This document shows, piece by piece, positions 26,352-30,429 of a DNA stretch of 30,429 nt. Origin of the DNA: a virus; the IMG/VR virus record IMGVR_UViG_3300045988_119600; one strand, 5' to 3'. The translations under genes were made by a program, and so were the position numbers. The notes under the pieces are model-generated. The model saw only the letters and a list, made by a program, of their open reading frames with translations. It was not told the origin of the DNA and made no database searches. Position 1 is the stretch's first letter, and each line of letters begins with the position of its first letter.

Positions 26352-27131
26352 ATGATAGGAATTTATAAAATTACTAATAAAATAAATAATCATTGTTATA
26401 TTGGATAGTCAAGAAATATAGCAGAACGTTGGGAAAATCATATATATAGCTCCCAAGATGAAAAGAGTAAAAGCTATAATTATCCCTTATATCAAAGTTT
26501 CAGAAAATATGGTGTTTCTAATTTTATATTTGAAGTGTTAGAAGAATGTGAAATTGATAATCTAAATAGTAGAGAAACTTATTGGATTGATTATTATAAA
26601 CCAGAGTATAATTAGACAATAGGTGGAGATTATCGCGTAATTTATCAAAAATTAAATTATTAGGAAGTCCAAGATATTCAAAATATTTTAATTAATGATA
26701 AGTTAGGTGTAGTTAATCATTCGGAATTAGCTAAAAAATATAAAGTTAGTAAAGATACTATTAGAGATATAAATGTTGGAAGAACTTGGTTTAATGAAAA
26801 ATTAAATTATCCTTTACATTATTCTCGTTTTGATAAAAATAAACCAGAAGAAGAGAAAAAACTTTTAAAAAAAGTTTGTCCTATATGTGGTGGAGAGTGG
26901 AGCGGAAAAGGTCAAAAATGTTAGAAATGTTCTGCTAAAGAACATCGAAAAATTAAAAGACCTTCTCGTGATAAATTAAAAAAATTGATTCGTAATAAAA
27001 GTTTTACTTCTATCGCGAATATATATCATGTAAGTGATAATTCCATTAGAAAATGGTGTATTTCTTATAATTTACCTAATACAAAAAAAATTATAAATTT
27101 ATACACTGATGATGAATGGAAAAACATATAA
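26352..27131 (+). mobile_element. GIY-YIG homing endonuclease gene (259 codons) with four in-frame TAG codons, inserted in the tRNA cluster
   Basis: MIGIYKITNKINNHCYIG[TAG]SRNIAERWENH matches the GIY-(10)-YIG…R…E signature, with the TAG falling where YIGQS/YIGSS is expected. HTH-like NUMOD segments follow, and a CPICGG…KC[TAG]KC zinc finger has its TAG inside the CxxC. RBS gtaaggaga. Confidence 0.8.
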
Positions 27132-27212
27132 ATATTAGGCGTAATGCCGTAAGCCCTCTTTTAAGAGGTATCACAGTAATAAAGACACACACAGCAATCA
27201 TTTTCTATTGAA

Positions 27213-27284
27213 AGTATTTTAACTCATTGGTAGAGTATTTGTCTGTCAAACAAATTGTAGTTGGTTCAATTCCAACAAATATTT
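27213..27284 (+). tRNA. tRNA-Asp (GUC)
   Basis: Acceptor agtattt/aaatatt, anticodon stem tttgt/acaaa with loop cuGUCaa, T-arm gttgg-ttcaatt-ccaac. Confidence 0.7.
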
Positions 27285-27329
27285 CATTTGTGTCTTGTAA
27301 ATTAAAATAATCCAAAAGGAGATATCTAA

Positions 27330-27533
27330 ATGAAGTTTAAGTTTAAGCCCGGCGACAAGGTTTATTCTAAGAAGTATGGTAAGGGCTTTTGCCATCAGGT
27401 TGATGAACAGGATAAAGATTTTACTTATGATTTCCATTTTAAGGATGGCACAATCATTTGGATGTCCCGATATGATGGTGAGCGTTATGTAAAGTTCCGC
27501 AGACCGAAGAACGCGGAACCCGCAAACGCATAA
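27330..27533 (+). CDS. Small basic hypothetical protein (67 aa)
   Basis: RBS aaaaggagatatctaaATG. Confidence 0.55.
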   Translation: MKFKFKPGDKVYSKKYGKGFCHQVDEQDKDFTYDFHFKDGTIIWMSRYDGERYVKFRRPKNAEPANA

Positions 27534-27747
27534 TTTATCTTTCCTTTCTTTTTGAATAATTAAGGCGCTAACAGCAAACTTTAAAACATCAATGTACAAA
27601 ATACATATGCTTAAGATTGTTTATAGCGTCTTGTTCTATTTATATTGTTGATGTAGTACGATAAATAAAATATCACATTCTTTTAGTCAATTTTAAAGGA
27701 AGAATGACTACGTGGAGAATCGGGAATCGTAGCAATATAAATATTAT

Positions 27748-27823
27748 GGGCGGATAGCTCAGTTGGTAGAGCGTAGGATTGAAGATCCTAGCGTCGGCAG
27801 TTCGATTCTGTCTCCGCCCACCA
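27748..27823 (+). tRNA. tRNA-Phe (GAA), CCA encoded
   Basis: gggcgga…gctc-agttggtag-agc…anticodon stem tagga/tccta with loop uuGAAga…T-loop ttcgatt…tccgccc-a-cca. Confidence 0.85.
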
Positions 27824-28232
27824 AAAGACCAACAAATGAGGAACCTCTTTGCTGCTCGAGGCTGTTGGGATGCCTGTTAGAAAGGCTACTCTTCTATATA
27901 TTTAAATATATAGAAACAAAAGACTATACAATAGAGAGAGTCTTTTACATCTAGTTCATTTTCTTACTTATCTTTCTGTTTGATTTCCCCTTTCGTTTGA
28001 TATATAGATTGTTGTTTTCTCTCACTTCCATAGAAATGAATTGTTTTTCTACTCTCTATTTTGTTTCATAAAAATAAATAAAGAAGGAGGATTGTCTGAT
28101 ATGTTTAAAGATGTTGATGATTTGATCTTTGGCGATGAGCGCGAGTTTTGTCCTAGCGAACGATAAGTGCGGTCGCCTATCTAATGCTACCATAGGCTGG
28201 TTCCAAGTCCAGAAAAGCAGAGGAGGTAGGAT

Positions 28233-28469
28233 ATGAAAAATATTTTAAGCTATAAAAATCCTTGTTTTAGCGGTCAAGAAATTCTTGATTGGGCCAATTA
28301 TCAAGTGAATAATAAAACTTCTCATTATAAGCAAGGACTGAGAGTTTTAAATTTATTTGGTAATATTAAACCTGATAGAAAATATTATATTTTTAGTAAT
28401 TATCGCACTTGGCGTAGTTATTGTGGATATAGTATTAAGCCTAAGCTAATTATATATAGGTGTAAATAA
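28233..28469 (+). CDS. Hypothetical protein (78 aa)
   Basis: RBS agaggaggtaggatATG. Confidence 0.5.
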   Translation: MKNILSYKNPCFSGQEILDWANYQVNNKTSHYKQGLRVLNLFGNIKPDRKYYIFSNYRTWRSYCGYSIKPKLIIYRCK

Positions 28470-28562
28470 ATAGAATAATTGAGGCGTTGGGTGAGGGTGT
28501 GGTATGGTTTAAACGAGGATATCATCTGTTTAAGCAGTAAATTATTCTATTTATATATTATG

Positions 28563-28652
28563 AAGGAGTGGCAGAGCTGGTTGAATGCGGCACCCTGCTA
28601 AGGTGTTGGCCTCATTTGGGGCCCGGAGGTTCGAATCCTCTCTCCTTCGCCA
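28563..28652 (+). tRNA. tRNA-Ser (GCU), long variable arm, CCA encoded
   Basis: Acceptor gaaggag/ctccttc, anticodon stem gcacc/ggtgt with loop cuGCUaa, T-arm ggagg-ttcgaat-cctct. Confidence 0.85.
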
Positions 28653-28679
28653 TTAAATTTTAAATTAAGAGGATTAAGT

Positions 28680-29819
28680 ATGAATATTGTAAACGCTGGT
28701 TCTCGCTATCAGATTTATGGCGAGGACGTTAAGACTTATAAGCGACTTCCGCTTATGTCTTTTGAAGTCTGCTTTAGTAAGATGGCAGGTTTTTATCTTT
28801 CTTCTCGTCCAGATCTTGCGGTCAATGAGGAAAAAATTTATGGTAATCACGAAGTTAAAGTCAATAAGGTGCTTAATTCTTTTAAGTATTCAGACCGTAA
28901 TCTTGGTGTTATTTTAAGTGGTCAGAAGGGTATTGGTAAGTCATTGTTTGCTCGTATTCTTTCTCATCACGCTATTGAAAACGGATATCCTGTCCTTTTG
29001 GCTAATACTTATATGCCTGGTATCGCAGATTTTATTTCCAGTATCGAGCAAGAAGTCGTAATTATTTTTGATGAGTTTGAAAAGAATTTCTCTAATAACT
29101 CTGACGACCATGCGGGCCCCTCTCCGCAGGAAGAAATGCTTTCTCTTTTTGATGGTCTTGATAATGGTAAGAAGCTTTTTGTCATTACTTGTAATGAAGT
29201 TGATCGACTTAGCACTTATCTTTTGAATAGACCTGGTCGTTTCCATTATCATTTTAAGATTACTTTCCCAACTGAGGAAGAGATCGTTGAGTATTTGACT
29301 GATAAGGTTAAGCCTAAATACGCAGATGGTATTAAGGATATTGTGAATTTTTCTCGCACTGTTAATATGACTTATGATTATCTTCGAGCGATTGCTTTTG
29401 AACTTAATCAGGGTTATGGTGTGGCAGAAACTCTTGAAGACCTTAATATCTCTCAGACTTCCAATGTTCGTTTCAATATCACTATTACTACGGTAAATGG
29501 TGATGTATATAATACCTATGGTGCTTCAGTTAATTTGTTTAACAATCCTAATACCAATCATCAAAGATGGTATGATGGTTATGCCTCAGATAGTAAGACT
29601 ATTCGTTATGCCTTGACTCCTGATTCGATTAAGATTGAAAAGGGTATGATTACAGCTGATCCGAAAAAGGTTGAAGTTTACATTGATCCTGATGACTTTT
29701 GGACGATTACTGATGCTGAAAAGCGTAAGGAAGCTATTGAAAAGGCTAAAAATGAGCGCGTAATTAAGTCTGTTGTTTTAACTAAGGTCGCAAACACTAT
29801 TGAACAGTATCTTTATTAA
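28680..29819 (+). CDS. AAA-family ATPase (379 aa)
   Basis: Walker A GQKGIGKS, Walker B VIIFDEFE, then ITCN and LNRPGRFHYHF (the classic AAA second region of homology). RBS aagaggattaagtATG. Confidence 0.85.
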   Translation: MNIVNAGSRYQIYGEDVKTYKRLPLMSFEVCFSKMAGFYLSSRPDLAVNEEKIYGNHEVKVNKVLNSFKYSDRNLGVILSGQKGIGKSLFARILSHHAIENGYPVLLANTYMPGIADFISSIEQEVVIIFDEFEKNFSNNSDDHAGPSPQEEMLSLFDGLDNGKKLFVITCNEVDRLSTYLLNRPGRFHYHFKITFPTEEEIVEYLTDKVKPKYADGIKDIVNFSRTVNMTYDYLRAIAFELNQGYGVAETLEDLNISQTSNVRFNITITTVNGDVYNTYGASVNLFNNPNTNHQRWYDGYASDSKTIRYALTPDSIKIEKGMITADPKKVEVYIDPDDFWTITDAEKRKEAIEKAKNERVIKSVVLTKVANTIEQYLY

Positions 29820-29825
29820 CGCGAC

Positions 29826-29866
29826 GGCCGATGTAAAGTGAATATACTTTACATCGGCCCCTTTTG
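29826..29866 (+). terminator. Rho-independent terminator
   Basis: ggccgatgtaaagt-gaatat-actttacatcggcc followed by ccttttg. Confidence 0.8.
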
Positions 29867-29914
29867 ACTTTATAAAAAAAATATTATATAATAAATATAT
29901 GAAAATAAGAAAAT
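29866..29914 (+). promoter_or_regulatory. Conserved promoter and leader (TTGACT-17-TATAAT-aaatatatgaaaataagaaaatg) driving the tRNA pair
   Basis: Motif copy directly upstream of a tRNA. Confidence 0.55.
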
Positions 29915-30002
29915 GCTTTTGTGATGGAATTGGTATACATGCTAGACTAAGAATCTAGTGGGCGTAAAGTTCATGTGAGTTCGAGTCTCACCAAAAGCAC
30001 CA
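29915..30002 (+). tRNA. Class II (long variable arm) tRNA, Leu-type, anticodon read as AAG. CCA encoded
   Basis: Perfect acceptor gcttttg/caaaagc, anticodon stem ctaga/tctag with loop cuAAGaa, T-arm gtgag-ttcgagt-ctcac. Confidence 0.6.
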
Positions 30003-30003
30003 T

Positions 30004-30079
30004 GTGGCTGTAGCTCAGTTGGTAGAGCGTCTGATTGTGGCTCAGAAGGTCGCGGATTCGAATTCCGCCAGTCACCCCA
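30004..30079 (+). tRNA. tRNA-His (GUG), CCA encoded
   Basis: gctc-agttggtag-agc, anticodon stem tctga/tcaga with loop uuGUGgc, T-arm gcgga-ttcgaat-tccgc. Confidence 0.8.
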
Positions 30080-30098
30080 ATAGTAAGTAGGTGAAATT

Positions 30099-30266
30099 AT
30101 GAATTATACCGTAGATTAGTTAATCGCTGAATGGAAAGATTAGATTGCTTCTATGAAGTATTATAATTATAGTTCAGAGATTATTGATAAAAATGAGTAG
30201 ATTCTTACTTATTTCCAAGAGTTAAAGGAGTATAAAGATGGAAATCGAACGTAAGTTTGATATTAA
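30099..30266 (+). CDS. Possible small protein (55 codons) with three in-frame TAG codons
   Basis: ATG preceded by aggtga. Apart from the TAGs the frame is open, and the translation is protein-like (…LIAEWKD[TAG]IASMKYYNYSSEIIDKNE[TAG]ILTYFQELKEYKDGNRT*). Confidence 0.25.
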
Positions 30267-30429
30267 AAATATCCCTTCTTGGATGAAGGAAAAAAGTGTT
30301 CGTCATAAGAAAATTGAACAAATTTATCTTATGATTGATTTTGATAATGATGGTAAAGTGCTTGAAGAAATTCGAGTGCGGAAGGCTATTAACCTTAAAA
30401 CCAATCAAGTTGATTATAAGATGACTTAT
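30238..30429 (+). CDS. Partial CDS (runs off the window) with a CYTH/triphosphate-tunnel-like N-terminus
   Basis: RBS aaaggagtataaagATG. MEIERKFDIKN… matches the N-terminal ExExK motif of CYTH domains. The minus-strand track ORF 30205-30408 was rejected. Confidence 0.45.
   Translation, partial: MEIERKFDIKNIPSWMKEKSVRHKKIEQIYLMIDFDNDGKVLEEIRVRKAINLKTNQVDYKMTY

Noticed and set aside
27600-27830. ATG at about 27703 with a long open frame when TAG is read through
   Set aside because: The frame runs straight across tRNA-Phe and lacks protein-like composition, so it is probably non-coding.
1-30429. CRISPR array
   Set aside because: The only regular repeats are the 40-bp direct repeats at 1-125 and the 41-46-bp hairpin repeats at 24986-25120. 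Neither has the repeat and unique-spacer architecture of a CRISPR array.

Overview
This window looks like an AT-rich (roughly one-third GC by eye) tailed-phage genome segment, almost all on the + strand. It opens with about 40 short early-type genes, each preceded by the same extended sigma70-like promoter and leader (TTGAYW-N17-TATAAT-ATWTATAGAAAGTTAAGAAAGG, at least 15 copies) and many followed by rho-independent terminators. A late tail-fibre module follows at 19997-23278, then a large tRNA region at 23358-30079 with about 15 tRNAs and several tRNA-like genes, a GIY-YIG homing endonuclease inserted among the tRNAs, tandem hairpin repeats, and an AAA+ ATPase. The main finding is that TAG appears to be read as a sense codon, probably Gln. 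In-frame TAGs sit inside conserved motifs (GIY-YIG 'YIG[TAG]S', a CxxC finger), align with sense codons in paralogs, and are always followed by long stop-free in-frame sequence. This holds in the tail-fibre genes, the homing endonuclease and several early genes (6603, 8678, 16297, the wHTH gene, 108-359). TAA and TGA behave as ordinary stops. Also notable are TTTTGACCA iteron arrays on both sides of a minus-strand wHTH gene, hairpin-bearing direct repeats at the window start, a paralogous pair of large zinc-ribbon proteins flanking an M42/M20-like peptidase, a GC-rich moron, and two tRNA-like genes with non-canonical anticodon loops, one carrying a UCA triplet.
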